Positions 62,857-64,000 of a DNA stretch of 64,000 bases are shown here, piece by piece (the stretch's first letter is position 1; each line of letters begins with the position of its first letter). The translations under genes and the position numbers were made by a program. Below the pieces are notes generated by a model, which did no database searches, was not told where the DNA came from, and was given only the letters and a program-made list of their open reading frames with translations. Source of the stretch: Girardia tigrina (lineage: Eukaryota); contig MQRK01222709.1 in the NCBI GenBank assembly GCA_001938485.1, positions 24,965 to 88,964 on the forward strand. The letters are read 5' to 3'.

Positions 62857-64000
62857 CTATGGTGATTCAAAAGTTTTTTCGTTTTTCCATTCATATTTTC
62901 AAGATAATAAAGCATGTAAACAGAACACATTCTTCGAAATACAAGCATTTATTTTTAATGGTCTTTAACTATCTTTCAGTCAGTTGCTGGATTCCATGAG
63001 TATACCACTCTGTCGTTTTGAAAGCAAAGAAATCGCGGCACCTTGTTCAACCTCTTCTACTGAATCGAACTGCCGCCCTTTGAGAAAATGCTTCATTGCC
63101 CAAAAGACGTGCTAGTCGTAGGGGGCAAGGTCGGAGCTGTAGACAAGGTGTGGCAAATTTTTGATCCTCTGCAGCTCTTGCACTTTACCACTAGTCAAAC
63201 GTGCAGTAAGTGCCGGGTCGTTGTCTTGTTGTAAAAGAACTCGGTTTAGATTGACCACTGCTGGGTAGCGCTCACAGAGAATGGCGTAGACTCTGTCCAG
63301 CTACTGAGTGTACAAGTTTGCATTCACAGTACGCCCCTCCGAAATCAGCTCGAAATGAATCCCCCCCTCAAAATTCCACTATACACAGAGCATAACTTTT
63401 GAATAGAATGGTCCTTGTTTAACCATAGATTGGGCGAGCATACCATGGTAGAGCCACTGATTCTCCTTGTTGGAATTACGGAAAAATATACACTTTTAAT
63501 CCCCCGTCCCGATCCTAATAAAGAAGCGCATGTCATGGGGGTGAGCAAGCAATTCTTTGTAGAGATCAAGTCGTTGTGGTGCTTGAGTGGCTGTCAGTTT
63601 TTGAGGAATTTGTGACACCGTCTATTGATAAGACCAAGCTAATCAAGATGACGTTGAATAGTGTGTTGTGAAGGACCAAGTTTTACTGATTATCTCCGCA
63701 TGCTGGTGCAGGGCTGCTCCTCCACAGCTTGACGTAGAGTGTCATCATTAACAACAGATGGTCGTCCAGAGCGAGGTTGGTCTTCCAAATTGACGTCTTC
63801 ACTTGAGAAACGCTTGGACCAAAATTATGACACACGAACTCTGACTGAACCTTTGCCTTATACTTAACATATTTCCCGGGCTGCAGCAGCTACTTTAAAG
63901 CCTATTTTCCAGTAATGTCGCAAAAGGACTCGAATTTCTTATTTTTCGCTCTTCATAATCTGATAAGAATAAACAAACAAACGTTTAATGAATAAACCGA
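62857..64000 (-). mobile_element. Decayed mariner running off the window end
   Basis: TIR after TA at 62855-62856; RVLLRHYWK, PRSGRP, LQQDNDP, YSSDLAPYD motifs on the minus strand. Confidence 0.88.

Noticed and set aside
416-63615. Remaining short F/I/L/K/N-rich ORFs in the track
   Set aside because: They are the expected background of AT-rich DNA or antisense frames of transposon and P2X sequence.

Overview
AT-rich animal (eukaryotic) genomic DNA with several N gaps. The only host protein-coding gene I can support is a complete, spliced P2X ATP-gated cation channel (purinoceptor) on the + strand: ATG at 140, 8 well-supported exons to 38309 and a probable 9th exon ending at 42746, about 406 aa. 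Its introns are either tiny (44, 47, 225 nt) or 4.4-18.7 kb. The rest is a dense, nested transposon landscape: a Tigger/pogo element, many mariners and MITEs, hAT and piggyBac relics, Ty3/Gypsy fragments with ~100-bp LTRs, seven co-oriented ~500-bp solo-LTR-like repeats, Penelope elements with minimal hammerhead ribozymes, and a tailless LINE insertion with an inverted 5' segment and a 12-bp TSD. The least explained structure is 48890-50035. It is a minus-strand array of 23-84 nt micro-exons with host-sized introns, containing six long RNA hairpins (five from one family), most starting directly after a 3' splice-site-like AG|ATC. This is a candidate spliced non-coding or small-RNA precursor locus. 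All calls come from manual reading; no searches or folding programs were run.
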